NCBI RefSeq assembly: GCF_002105155.1
Contig: NW_019028980.1
Span: forward strand, 1,488,001 to 1,552,000
Reading direction: 5' to 3'
Source of the DNA: Lobosporangium transversale
Lineage: Eukaryota
Length of the DNA: 64,000 nt
The notes beneath the pieces were generated by a model. That model saw nothing but the letters and a program-made list of their open reading frames with translations, ran no database searches and was not told the DNA's origin. The position numbers were made by a program, and so were the translations under genes. The first letter of the stretch is position 1. Each line of letters opens with the position of its first letter. Shown here one piece after another: positions 29,271 through 42,459 of the stretch.

Positions 29271-29977
29271 GGCTCGATATTGGGTATCAACAAAAGAAAA
29301 AAAATTTACAAAAAAAAGGTACAGTGATGGGTTCAAAATTGGGATAGGGAACAAATAGGAGCGAGGTGCCTGAAAAAGAATGGAAGAGAAAAAAAGAAGA
29401 GAAAGAAAGTGAAGAGGCACAGTTAAAGAGAGAAGAGAAGCAAATGTTGTGCCCAAAACAGCGACACTCGGTGCTATAAACACTTTGTGGGCAATTGGAC
29501 TTGTGTGACATTGCTCTTAGTCCGGACCATGCCCACAAGCAACACAGCAGTTTTCTGAAACGATAAATCAGTTTTCAAAGGAGGCGAAACAAAGAGGCAT
29601 AGACAATCATTCAAATCTTCTATTTTAGCGGCGATATTTATTAAACCTTCTGTTATGGAAAGTAGAAAGGAGGCCACCTTCTGTTTCTCTTTATAACAGG
29701 GTTATAGTAGTATGATTCTAGTTTTTTCTTCCTGAACCAATGGAATCTAGTCAAAGGATCTAAATATCTCTTCCTCCTTTTTTTAAAAATGAAAAGAAAA
29801 CGAGGGTCCCAACAATAAAACAACAATGCACCCCTTTTTTGTTCACTGATCGAGTTATAGCCACGTGACTATAATCGATTAATTGATGCAACCACCCTGC
29901 GTGCTAATCGCATGTAAAAATCTGATCAATCTGTTCTTTGACTTGACACTATTTATTTTTTACCTTTGGTCACAGCC

Positions 29978-31309
29978 ATGTCAAAAGACGTTCGTCGCCT
30001 ATTTGCAGCCCAAAAGGCCGCCAAGATTACAACAGCAGGAGCAGGCTCTACCTCACCATCTCTCGCATCGTCCTCATCATCCGCCAAACGAGTCACCCAT
30101 CCTCTTGCAAAATATGATCCAAAGACTTTTCGTCTCACATGTGCCATTTGTGGCCCAGCTGTGTCCATTAAATCAGACAGTCTCTGGAATGCTCATTTGG
30201 TCTCTAAATCTCATCAGGAGGCGGTTGCAAAACTAAGGGCTGTCAAGGAGCAGGTGCAAAAGAAAGAAGCTGAGGCGGCAGAAAGACTTCGGTTACAACA
30301 AGAACAGCAAAAAGCACAAGGGCAGGCACAACAAGGCGTCAAGCGGAAAGCACCCGGAGGCCTTGTCGCGTATGTAGACGACGATAGCGAAAGTGAAAGC
30401 GAGGATGAAAAGAATGAGGCATCGGTGACCAAGTCTTCTGTTCCTGCTGCGTCAGAATCAAAGCGCGTTAAGATTGACCATAATACTGTAGAAGAAGCTC
30501 ATAGACAGGCAGCTACTGACATTGAGGAAGAGGAAGATGCTATGGCAGGTTTACCAGCTGGATTTTTTGATTCATCAAGTGCAAATACAGCTGTAGAAGG
30601 AAAGAATGATGAAGAGAACGGTGTCCAAGAAGCTGAACCTATGGATGGAGTATTACCAGCTGGGTTTTTCGATGATCCTGAGGAGGATGCTAGAGCTCGA
30701 GTAGACATTGGAGGGGCGACAGCTAATCAGCAACAGCGTCAAGCTGATGAGGAATTTAAAGCACTGCAGGCAGCGCTGGCTCAAGATATGGAAGAACTGG
30801 AAGAGCAGGAGGCAGCATTACGTTCAGGACAGGCAGTGGTATCAGTGGCATCAACAGCAACGCAGGGCCCACAGACCTCAAGTGAACATATTCCATACGA
30901 AGAGAAGGTTGAGCTAGAGGAACAAGAGCTAGAAGAAAGTATTCTAGCCCGATCAGAAGAGGAATATCAGCTTTTTGTGGAGATGCAAGAAAGATTGGAT
31001 GCATTGCGCGAAAAGAAAAACCGTTTATTGGCAATGCAGTCAGCACCCTCACCATCAGAATCAAAAGCGTCGTCAATAGCTACTTCTACTGGAACAAAGA
31101 AGCCAGTAAAGAAAAAGAAGAAGTCGATTTTGGATCTTGTAAGGGAGCAAGAAAAGGCAAGGAAAGAGAAGGAGCGGCTGGCAGCACAAGAGTTTGCCAA
31201 GATGAGTGCAGCAGCTGAAGGTGACCGCAGAATGACAAGTGATGACGATGAAAGTGACGATGACGAAGATATTGAGGCTATGATGGACTGGAGAGCAAAG
31301 AGGTTCTAG
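29978..31309 (+). CDS. ZNF830: Zinc finger protein 830 / CCDC16-like spliceosome-associated protein
   Basis: HPLAKYD...TCAIC..IKSDSLWNAHLVSKSH (C2H2); LPAGFFDDP; coiled coil; C-terminal DWRAK. Single exon. Confidence 0.8.
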   Translation: MSKDVRRLFAAQKAAKITTAGAGSTSPSLASSSSSAKRVTHPLAKYDPKTFRLTCAICGPAVSIKSDSLWNAHLVSKSHQEAVAKLRAVKEQVQKKEAEAAERLRLQQEQQKAQGQAQQGVKRKAPGGLVAYVDDDSESESEDEKNEASVTKSSVPAASESKRVKIDHNTVEEAHRQAATDIEEEEDAMAGLPAGFFDSSSANTAVEGKNDEENGVQEAEPMDGVLPAGFFDDPEEDARARVDIGGATANQQQRQADEEFKALQAALAQDMEELEEQEAALRSGQAVVSVASTATQGPQTSSEHIPYEEKVELEEQELEESILARSEEEYQLFVEMQERLDALREKKNRLLAMQSAPSPSESKASSIATSTGTKKPVKKKKKSILDLVREQEKARKEKERLAAQEFAKMSAAAEGDRRMTSDDDESDDDEDIEAMMDWRAKRF

Positions 31310-31473
31310 GCGACCTTGAGTAGAAAAGTAGAATAATAAACACTCATACCTAGACATGTACATATTATTACAAACCGCAATTTTTTCTATTATTCTACGG
31401 TATAATACTTTACTTTATTTCATTTCATTTTGTTTTGTTTTATTTTCATAACAATAGCTCATCTCTTTCTTTT

Positions 31474-31475
<2 letters not shown>

Positions 31476-31516
<41 letters not shown>
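31476..31516. repeat. Poly-T tract (~41 nt) between convergent 3' ends
   Basis: Uninterrupted T run; one of dozens of A/T homopolymers in the window. Confidence 0.9.
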
Positions 31517-31518
<2 letters not shown>

Positions 31519-31529
31519 CTTGATCAAAG

Positions 31530-34500
31530 TCATTCGATACCTCGACTGATAGCACGCGCAGTCCAGGAATCAATTCCTGCCAGGACAAGATCTCCTTCCT
31601 TTGCATCGAAGCTGTTGCGCCAGAGATCGCGGTTCCGATCTAGATAGCGCTGCAGAATATGGCTATCGCCTTTAATATCTTTATCGTAATCCCACTCTAG
31701 GTCCAAGAGCGACCGGTTCTGCTTTAAAGCTTGGCTGAGATGCTCGAGTGAGCGATCATCATCGCAGATACGTGCTTATGTGATTACAAGCCGCAACAAC
31801 TTATTACGATCCGATTTGAGGAAGCCAACAAATGCAAAAACATCATCGATTTTGCCATCAACATGTTGAGCTTCAATTCCCAAAAGCGTATTACCGTTAC
31901 AGATCAACCCCTCGGTTAGCTCACGGAGGTTCGTATGTGAAATTGAAAGGCGACACAGAGTCCGGTTTGTCATTAAAAATCGTTGAACGGCAGAGCCCAT
32001 GGACCCAAGAACTTCAAAAGATGAACTCTCGATACGCAATGTTTTCAGAGTACAATTATGATGGAGTTCCAAGTACCATGGCCGCACCAGCCGGCGTCAT
32101 CCTGTTCCTCGAGATATCTAGGTATTCCAGTCGACAGAGGATGTCCGTGGATTGAATAGCATCACAGAGCAGCAGTGCTTCATCATCGCTCATCTCAACT
32201 TGGCTGAGGGTCAGATAAGTCACCCGAGCGCAGACGGCCGTAAATAGGGACTTGACAGCCGTCGTCTTAGGCATATCTTCCAGGAACAGGTGTGGACTAC
32301 GCAATGAGATCTTGACCGTCTGGCAGCCTTGAGGAAGAGCAGTTGCCAACACTATAGCTCCAGCATGAGTGACTTTTGGGAGGTTAATTTTGAAGGTGGT
32401 GAGAGCAGCACAAGGGCGAGCAGGATCAGAGAGCATCTGCGCTAGAGCCGCTGCAGTATGGTCACCACAATCGTTTCCTTCTATCACAAGCCGCTCCAGT
32501 TTACTTGCATCCAGAGCTTGCACGATCCTTGCACAGACTTCGTCAGCAGATGACTGGATCCTTGGAAACGCTAATTCGACGCAATGGAGACGACCCCCTA
32601 GCCGAATGATGCACTCTGTCGCATCTGGCCCCAGCTTATTTGAAGAGTCAGAAATATCAAGGATCTTCAGTAATTTTCCGCTAACGACACGCTCCAATGC
32701 CATAGCTGCTTCGTCACCAAAACCCGTGTCATTGAGCAAGAGCTTTGTAAGTTGGCTACCAACTGCCTGAATGATTTCACAACAGCCAACATCATCGAAC
32801 TCATTCTGACTTAGGTCTAGCTCCTTAAGTGTCAAGCAGGTCTTGAGGAACTCTGCAATGGTTTCAGCGCTTTCGCTCTGGATCTCGCAGTTGCGGAAGG
32901 ACAGTACTTGTAGATCCTGGCACGATGAGAGGCCATTAAGCACAGATTTTAGTCGGGTCTCCTTCAGCTTTGTCTCCTCCAAGTGGAAAACAGCCAGATG
33001 TTTGAAGGCTTGAAGCATCTCACCAAGCACCTCATGGCCTTCCTTGACGGAGATGCCAGTTAGTTCCAGGGAGCGAACACCTGACATAGTCTTAGGGATT
33101 TGGACTCCGCGAGGAGGGATAAGATCCTTGATATCCTTAAACTCAAAATAGCGAACCTTTCCGGCTGCCATTATTTCAAGAACTGGCGGCAGTTTCTTCT
33201 TGCATAGGGACGAAATTCCTTTGTATTGATGAGCAGTAAGGATCAGTTTCGAGACATTTGTCTTACTAAGTGAATCACCAAGGATTTTGAGGTCTTGGCA
33301 GCCATAACTGCGCAGTTGAACATCGAGTTCATTAAAGGACCCAGCTTGAGTCATAGCATCCATAAATCTGGTGATGGCTTCAGAAGAAGGCAAGACCACT
33401 GTGACAATGCCGAGACGTCTATCATACTGGCCACGGTGCATTAAAATCTCGTTCTCAAACTCACGATCCCGTCTTTGGTGGTAGGTCGAGCGAAAGTGAT
33501 CCAGACATATCCACTTCACATGGCCTCTCGCATCCACTGTCCTGAATAAATTGCCAAGAGCACGATCCTGATCCTTTTTTTCCAAATACGCATTCAATCG
33601 GCGAAGGTCCGCACCCTCGACTTCAACAATAGCATCTAAAGGGCTCGGAGGGCATTCCAACTCCCCCATCATGCTTGAGGATGCAGGTGCAGCACGAGAT
33701 TGACAAGTGGTAGAACGATCAGTGCGAGTCATACCGGACAAGCTAGGGTCCATCGTGCGCTGGTAAGCTGTTAAATATTGGATACTGGCCGACACTCTGG
33801 ATTCTAGATCTTTCCCTAGCTGTGCGGGCAGGTCTATCAAATTGATAGTGGATAATGCCGGAATAACCCCGTTGGCGAGATTGAGGCCAAGCTTAAGCGC
33901 ATGCAGTAGGCGCAGGGCATGGGGCCCGTACTTCTGAAAGAACGCTGTGGGATGCTTAATCTCATATCCTTCGTGTCGTGCAGTATGAATATGGTTCATA
34001 TGATGGGGCCCTGTGGGATTCGTATGAGTTCCACATTCACAAAGGAAATAGAGTCGAAACTTGACAGCCGCATATTTACTAAGGATCTGAGCCGGATTGA
34101 TCCCATGGTAAGCAACCTCAGGAAGAACAATGAATAACCGAGGGAGCGTGTACTCATGCAGCTCATAGGTTTGCGTCAAGAGCGCCTCTGTATTTGCGAT
34201 CATGGTATCCATCTTGACCATCAGCTTGTCCTGGGTTTCAGCAATGTTCTTTTGAGCAGCCAAGATTTCAGCCAATTTGCCTTCCGATATTTGGGCATTG
34301 CGTTCAAGCCTGTCGACTTGAGCCTGCATGGTATCAAGCACGTTCATCAACTTTTTAGTCTGTGAGTCCAAAAGCGTATGGAGAGACTCTTGTCTTGCTA
34401 CATCAGAGCTCAAGAACGGGGGGATGCTGCAAGACGATAATGGTGGATGAACAGCAGTAATCTGTAGAGACGAAGACAGAGCTGCGGATGATGGCTCTGA

Positions 34501-34874
34501 GGGCGCAGGGAGAACTGGCACGACCGTCAGGACTTCAGTCGGATACGACGCGATCCTCTCTGGATAGAGTCTAAGATGTTGTGTTTAAATTAGGATTTGG
34601 ATATTATGTAGAGTTAGGCGGTTTGTTGGCAATTAAACATATGATCAACCCACCAGAAAACATGGGTGTATTATGCATCGTTAACCTACCTCTCATGAAA
34701 CCCATTCTCAAGGAAAGGAACAGGCTTTCCATGGAGCTCAAACTTGTCACCAAAGTAGAGGAATGCATCACGAATATCTTCCACAAGGACATAGGAGCGA
34801 CCATCGCCACCTTCTCGGATACGAACCTTTTTGACTACGTCGTCCAATTGAACATCCTGAAACTGCTGTGCCAT
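31530..34874 (-). pseudogene. RNI-like LRR protein, paralogue B; C-terminal part disrupted by a frameshift (~32066) and an in-frame TAA (31776-31778)
   Basis: Exon 1 34874-34690; exon 2 from 34570; open to TAA at 32056. LRR-like sequence continues in a shifted frame (LHHNCTLKTLRIE...LLRLVIT*ARICDDDRSLEHLSQALKQNRSLLDLEW...) to TGA at 31530. Confidence 0.7.
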
Positions 34875-35815
34875 ATTGATGCAAATAGGAGCGTGCCCTT
34901 GTCTCTCTTGAAAAATTGTAAACAAATTCAGGGCACGACTGATTGGTTCCAAGAGGCGGGTGACAGTGGAGATTGGATAGGGAAAGATGGGAAGGAGGAA
35001 AAAAGGGAGAGGGATCGTTAAGGTATACGTGAATGAAGATGATAGTTGTTGCCCTGACTCTTTCAGGAATTCCTTAAGTGCCGCTTTTTTTCTCTTCAGG
35101 GTATTTCTCAAGCTACTGACTGTTTCCTTATGGATGTTCGCTCAACTCCAACAAATAACAAAAATGAACGATTGTCTACTAGAGTAGACTCCTGTTGTAC
35201 TTTTTATAAGTGTATCTGCTAGAGTTGAGGAGAACAGAAAATCAGCAGCAGCGAGAAATGAGGGAAAAAAAACGATACAGAAAAAAAATTGTCTTCAAGA
35301 GCAGAGGAGGAGCAAAACAGCACCGCAGTTTGCTGGCCCTTTTATACTTGCAACAACCATGGCACACGGGTACACAGGTACACATGACAAAAAGTGAGGA
35401 TACATGCATTTCTATCTTTTTTCCCAGTGAGGTTCTGTGGGATACAAGATTACCGATCTTTTTTTTTTTTTTTAGATTGAACAGATCCTATTCTCAATTG
35501 CATAAGCGAAAAATTTCACATTCGACTAATTCACTGTAAACAAATTTGTACAGAGAAGGTTCCTATCGTGTCATTCTCCCCTGCTTTCAGTTCTTCCAGT
35601 AATCCGAAATGGCTCTCAGCTTCCAAAGACAGAAAAGCAACCCAGATTCGATCCAATACACCCATACCACCAGCATTATTATTACTTCACGTGATGCATA
35701 CTGAGTTCTATCTCGCATTCATCCTTCTGCTTTCATCTCGTTCATCTCCTTCTCATCTTCTCTCCATTCATTATCGAACAACACATCTTCAATCAGTCTT
35801 TCACATATACCAACC

Positions 35816-37748
35816 ATGACAGCCCCTGAACCTACAAAGCAGGAAACACAGGATTTCTTCAAGCGCCTCAAGTCACAGCACGCCAATAAGGCAAGTCAAT
35901 GTCATGCCATCCGATGACTCATTTATACCTTGCATATTCAGGACCAGATGTCGTCCGACATTACAGGAATCAGAAAGACTTCTCTTGAGGGATCTAAACG
36001 CTAGAGACTTCTTGGACTATAGCTATCAATTTTACAGTGGAGACAGGCCGAAATCACTGCAAAAGCCAAAGAAACACAGCACTCCGTTTCCATGAATGGC
36101 AAAATACCTCTGTTTTTCGGAGCATCAATTAATTGTTAGATTGGATTTTGTATTATTACCACCATTCTATTCTCAATAGATGTGCGCTGACTGTAACGCA
36201 AAGAATCCTGACTGGTGCAGCATCCCTTTTGGTATTTTTCTTTGCTTTGATTGCAGCTCTGTCCATCGCAACCTTGGTGTTCATATCTCCTTTGTCAGGT
36301 AATAGATCCCTAAATCCTTATTCTATGATCTCTTAGTCTATGCGTTTTAAATCTGTGTATAATGGGCATATATATTTACTTTTCTATGATTTTATCCATT
36401 TTGTAGATCATCATTGCTTGATTCCTGGACATGGGATCAGCTTCGTACAATGAAAGTTGGCGGTAATGCTGCTCTGCATGAGTTTTTCAACAAATCGCTT
36501 CTTGGCAGCAGCAAGGATGCAAAAACAAAGTATACTTCCAAGATCGCCATTGCATACAAGGAAAAGCTTGAACAGCGCAAGACTGAGGATGCGATCAGGT
36601 ATGTGCTATTTTTACTTCCAAAAATTCTAGCCTATAATTGGGCTGTTTACTCTCAGAGATTTTGTTTAAGCCTCTAACGGTTGTCCTGCATGACCATGAC
36701 TCTCAACTTTAATTGTTTGATTTCGTTCACAGTAATCCAGGCCGCCTGATTCCAGAGGCTAAAGAGACAGTCAAGACTGCAGTAGTTTCTGCTTCTGCTG
36801 CCGCCGACGATGACGACTTCTTTAACACATGGAATCAGCCAACAAAGTCTTCGTCAGGAACATCAACTCCTACATCCTCCTCTACTCCTCCACCTGTCGT
36901 CGGCTTAGGTACTTCTTCCACCGTATCAACCCCTCGCACAAGTTTGGTACGTCCCCAACGTTCGACCTTGACTCCCAAGAAGACAACCGTTGGTGCTTCC
37001 AAGCCTATGAAGTTGGGCGTCAAGAAAGTCAATGGTGGAAGTTTTGAGGAGGCTGAGAATAGAGCTAAAGCTGAAGCTGAAAGGATTGCTGCTTTGGGAG
37101 CAGAGGCTGCTGAGCAGGAGAGACTAGAAAAGCTGGCAGCAGCTGAGAGAGCTGCCCAGCGAGCTGCTGATGCAGCGAATGCAAAGAAGCAGCCCCAATC
37201 TACTCTTGTCAACTATTATCAAGCCAACACCGCTGGTGAGGCAGCAAAGGGAGATCAAGAAGGATTGGCCCGTCTCGGAATGGGTATGGGCCGTATGGGT
37301 TTTGGCGCTGTACCCTCAAATCGACCATCGACCAGCTATTCGTCATCGCATGGTAAGACTGTCATGACCATATTTTTATATAGGTATAGTATAGTTTTCG
37401 GTTTAAACATTTTTGACCTAACTTGGTTTTTTCTTCTTCTTTATAGTCGAGGCTACAACTGCCCGCGAGAAGTTCGGTAATCAGAAGGCCATTTCGTCCG
37501 ATCAATTCTTTGGCCGTAACAACTATGACTCAAAGGCGCAGGCAGAAGCAGCAAGCCGACTTCAAGCATTCTCAGGAGCCACTTCTATCAGTAGTAACCA
37601 ATACTTTGGTCGTGACGAGTCTGAACCGCAGGAGGAAGAAGTTGACCAGCTCAGCGCAGACTTTGCTGCGCTTGGAAATGCAGTAATGAAGGGCGCTGAT
37701 CTTCTCAACACCGTCCTCAATGATATGACATCTCATTACAACTATTAA
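35816..37748 (+). CDS. GLO3: ArfGAP, Glo3/ARFGAP2-3 type
   Basis: [48 protein letters not shown]...MKVGGN; KLGVKK; twin Glo3 motifs AISSDQFFG and SISSNQYFG. Five exons; first intron GC-AG. Confidence 0.9.
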
Positions 37749-38014
37749 GAAATGGAAAAGTTCTGAAGTCGCTACCACCGCTAAAAATCATCTTCAAATT
37801 TATCTAGACATGCCATCTTTGTTTATTATTATTAGAGGCAGCCCCACGAATAGAGGTTCTTCCTTCGTTAATTCTTATTTTACAATCATAACCAAATATT
37901 ACCGTAATAAATATATCCCATAGTTCTTGTAATACGTGGGTTTTAATACAATGATTATATTGAGAAAAGAAGACAATCTTTATCCAGTCTATGTCCACCT
38001 AATGACGCCCAGCT

Positions 38015-38764
38015 TCATGCCACAGCTTTTGTTGACACATGCTCACTTGTTGGTGTGTATTTAACCCAGTTCCACTTCAAACCTCCACGAATCTCAACAG
38101 GTTTACCGTCGTTCAAGACCTTGCCCTTCCAGACTTCAACGCCATAAGCTTTTCCGTGGTTCAATTCAGGCCCACGGAGCTCAAGTGAGGTGACCTTGTA
38201 GTAGCAATCTGTGAATCCTTTTTTGAGCAGTTTTGTTGTTGTCTATGTAGTTTATGAGTGTAATAAAAAAAAAAAAAAAAAAAAAAAAAAAGAGAGTGAA
38301 CATTCTGCCGTGTACAAATATTTAGATCTTTTTTTCTTAGCATTACAGATATCTTCCATCCATAGTGTAATAGGATACAGGGCAAGCCTTATGTTTCCCG
38401 TGATAACAAGATCAACATATGCGTTCCTGAAGAAGTAATTGATGACAATCCATTCGATAGATCAAGTTATGATGGTAGGCCCTGTACAATTACTGAGAAC
38501 TTCCTGGGTCAATAGGTTTCCAACTATATCCTTTCTCAATCAGCCCCCGTACTATCATACCCCATTTGCCTTTCATGTTGCTTGTCGTGTTGATATCGTT
38601 TGCTGTGAAAAGTGGTGGGAGGCAACACTTACAACAGTCTCTCCAATTCCGTTGCCATCCATGACCTTCAGTGCTCTGTATAGGTTCTTAGGTTGTGTAG
38701 CCCTTGAGATGAGAGGCAAGGCATTGCTTGACTTTGTAAGGATTTCCTTTGCAATAGAGGACAT
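38015..38764 (-). CDS. MRPS34: Mitochondrial ribosomal protein mS34-like
   Basis: Exons 38764-38633 and 38242-38015 give KNLYRALKVMDGNGIGETV|TTTKLLKKGFTDCYYKVTSLELRGPELNHGKAYGVEVWKG...EIRGGLKWNW. Confidence 0.7.
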
Positions 38765-39015
38765 GGTGAAGCAGCGAGTGGTGGAGTAACAGAGCTTGTA
38801 ATGACTTAGAGGATTAGCACAATAAAGGGTTGCTGTTGTTCAAGCTTCTGGTTGGACCAAGGCAAGTCTCCCCGAGCTTTTTGTTTACTCGATTTACTTA
38901 AGGGCACTCACTCTGCCTTTTTGGCCACAGTCACGACATTGAGTAAAAAGCTTATTCCTTTTCATTTTCAACCTCAACCATTACCATCGGTCCATCGGTA
39001 TCAATATAAGCAAGC

Positions 39016-41537
39016 ATGAGTCAGTCCAATGAAGATCAGGACTCAATTCGACGCTTCATGAATGGATCTTCAGAAAGTCAGGCAGACTCTAATAATAGAC
39101 AGGAAGTCAGGGTACCTTTTGCTCAAAAAAAGACAGGGGTCGCAGTGGGTACTTTCGTCAACCCGGGATCACCTCAGCGAACCTTTACACCTGCATTGAC
39201 CCAGCAGTCTGGGCTAGGCCCCGGAGCCACTTCACCAGTTATGGTATGATACTCCATACTCAATTGTCACCCCCGTTCAGTGACTATTATAGGAATGAGG
39301 GGCATATGAGACTCTAAACGAGTTTTGCTCTTCCTTAAATTTTATAATCGTCGCTTAGAGCCTCATAGGACGCGTGTCGTCGCCTTCAGGAAGACCTTCA
39401 ATATCAGCATTAGATCAGGAAAATGACATATCGCAATATAGGACGCGAGTACGCGGGAATGAGCCTGACGGTACATAAATAAGCACTCTTATAGATCAAA
39501 TAGGAGCGAAGGATTTTATATTTTTTATCGCAGTGACTAAGTGAAAACAACTTCTCTCGCGGAAATTAGATTATGAGCAGACTAGGAAGAAACTAAAAGA
39601 TACACAGTATGAACTATCAGTTACGAGAACGGACTCAGAGCGAACGATCATTAACTTGCAGAAATCATTACGAGAGTCAGAAATCTTGAACAAGAAGCTG
39701 ATGGCTAGAATAGACTCATTAGAAAGCCAACGTCGATTCCTGTACGAACAAGAGAAGAGTCTGACTCAGCAGCTACAAGCCTCGAAGGAGGCAGACATAG
39801 AGTCCAAGGTAAAAAGCCATCGCGAATTCCACTTGTCAATTCCAGGTTTTCAACGTCGTGTGAGATAAGCTAAGCTAATAAATCCCAATTGTTCACTCTT
39901 TAAAGAACTCATCGAATGAAATTATAAGGAGTCTTCGGGAGGAAAACATGGATCTTAAAGAACGGTTTGCACAACTTCGAGAGCAAAGTCGTGCGACAGA
40001 AAGTGAGCTCTCACACAAGGTGCGGTCACTGACCTCATCATTAGCACATCAACAACAGACTCTAGCAGAGACCCAGGACAACAGCAACTCTCATAGTGCT
40101 CTGTTGGCAGAGAAGCACAAGCAATTAGCAGAAGCCTTGGATAAGATCATGGAGCTGGAGGATCAAAATAGACAGCTGAAACTCAATGAGCAAGGACTAG
40201 AGGATATGGCTCGTATAGAAAGGGAGCTTAAAAACCAAGTGGCTTATATCAAGCAGCTTGAAAGCACTAATAGGCAGTTGACAGCAGATTGCAAACACTT
40301 CAAAGAGATGTACAGGAACGTGGAGGTATTAAAAGAAGAAAAGACAGGGCTCGAGCAAAAACTCAAGATGCTTGATGATCTTCGCGTCAAATGTGGTATG
40401 CTAGAGGTTAAGAACGAGGTCCTTATCAAGGAGAAACAGCAATGGTATATGTCATGGAGAAGCACAGCTATGGACGAGAGAAAATGACAATCATTTGTAC
40501 TTCTATTTTACCCTAATATTGAATGTCATTCTCACGATGATGTGTATATAGGACTGCATTCCTGGAAAAGCCGGACGCCACGGATTTCAACTCACCATAC
40601 GATCTTACAAAGACTGTTGCCAGCCTCCGTGGCGAGAAGGCGGCGTTAATCGAGATAAAAGGCGAACTTGAGGCTACTGTTAAATATCGTGACACTTATA
40701 TTAAAGAGTTGGAATCACAAGTCGAAAATTTAAAGAAGGCCCTAGTCGATCAAGAGGAGGCTTGCAGGAAACAGAGCTCATTGGCAAGACAACATGAGAG
40801 AAGCAAGAATCTGGCTCTCCGCCAAGTGGAAAGTCTAAGAGAGCAGTTGGTAAGCATTTCTACGCTGTGCATATTGTGGAGCGTGGCTTTTTACTTAGTA
40901 TACAGAATCAATGATTCTACTACTAAACATTAACTAATTGTGATGATAATATTTGTAGAAATCATATGATACAGAAGAAGCTCAGCTTATGGGTGGATCA
41001 TACGATAACCAAAAGAATGCAAGGATTCAAGAACTTGAGAAACTTGTTCAGGAATATCACGAAAAATTGGATAGGGCTATCATGTCTTCGAACAGCAATG
41101 ATGAGCCTGAACAACCATCAGCTAGCCTTCAGTTATTGCGAGCGATTCAGAACAGCGACTCTATAGCATTTAGTCAATTGAGCAAGGAGAAACAAACCTT
41201 GTTTGAAGGTAAATGTTGAATGGATCTGGGGCAATCTGAATCAAAATATTCAGCATCATTCAACAACTTAACAAAAATGAGATTTCTTTTCTGGGGTCTA
41301 CTAGCCAAATTACGACTGGAGCAAGAAATGGAGATGTTACGCAAGGAGAACTCTTCCTTGGATTCGAAGGTGTTAGAGCTTGAGATGGCCATTGGAGCTG
41401 GAGCTTTCAATCCTGTAACATCCCGTATCCTGGAAATTAAAGATAGTCCTGCGTCAAGATACCAAGCTGTCCGGCAGCATATGCTGGATTCCTTGCGGGA
41501 AGAGAATGCAGCACTTTTAAAGGTCGTGGCAGAGTTC

Positions 41538-41573
<36 letters not shown>

Positions 41574-42231
41574 GCTGGATTCCATGTAGAGCAAAACCAA
41601 GACGTGACCATCCCTGATGAAGGATTAATCCCCGCTGCAAGTTACAACCGCCTCAAGGATGACCACGAGCGCTTATTGGAAGAAATGGCAGAAAAGGACA
41701 AGCGTTCAAAACGTCTGAAGGAGGTGAGTTTATGCACCTGCCATGTTCAAGTATTTTGGTTCATCACGTTGCATTTGCTAAAAAGGTTTTATTATTATTA
41801 TTATTATTATTATTGCTGTTGTTGCTCCATTCCCTTAGTCCTGGACATTGAAGGCGGATGAGTTCTTGGAGGCTATGAGATCTCTACTAGGTTACAAGGT
41901 CAATTTTCTGGACAACGGTCGTGTCGAGCTGATCTCTGTTTATAGCATTGGGAACCAGCAGTCGTTCGTCTTCACTTCGGGTATTAATGACGAGGGAACC
42001 ATGCAGTTTGCAGGCTCAGGGAGTGAAAAGTTCATGGAAGAACATAAAGAGACGTTTGAATATTGGGTCAATCAATTGGGCAGTATCCCTGCTTTCTTGA
42101 GTCGTATTACGCTAAATCTAGTGGAAAAGCAAGCCCAAGAACATTTACAGTCGCAGAATTTCCAGACCCGATCACGATTTCCGCATCTTGATGATGAAAC
42201 GCAAAATTCTGATATGATGGTGGACATGTAA
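39016..42231 (+). CDS. MAD1: Spindle assembly checkpoint protein Mad1
   Basis: Long coiled coil with NVEVLKEEK; RILEIKDSPA (Mad2-interacting region); KRLKE (RLK motif); RWD-like C-terminus FLEAMRSLLGYKVNF...GRVELISVY...SIPAFLSRITLNL. Multi-exon. Confidence 0.9.
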
Positions 42232-42459
42232 GCACTTTTCAAATAAATGTACAATACCATATAATTTACACAGACCAATTTAAAAATGATACAAAGTAAC
42301 TCGAACAGGTGACAAAGGTATATGATTTTTTTTGTTTGTTTACAAGAAAGATCTCTGTATTCCTTGATTTTATATGGCTATTGATGGAATGAAGGCGAGG
42401 GAGAAAAAAAACCAAGAGATCAGAGGGACGATGATGGTTTTTGGTTTTATTACATGTAC

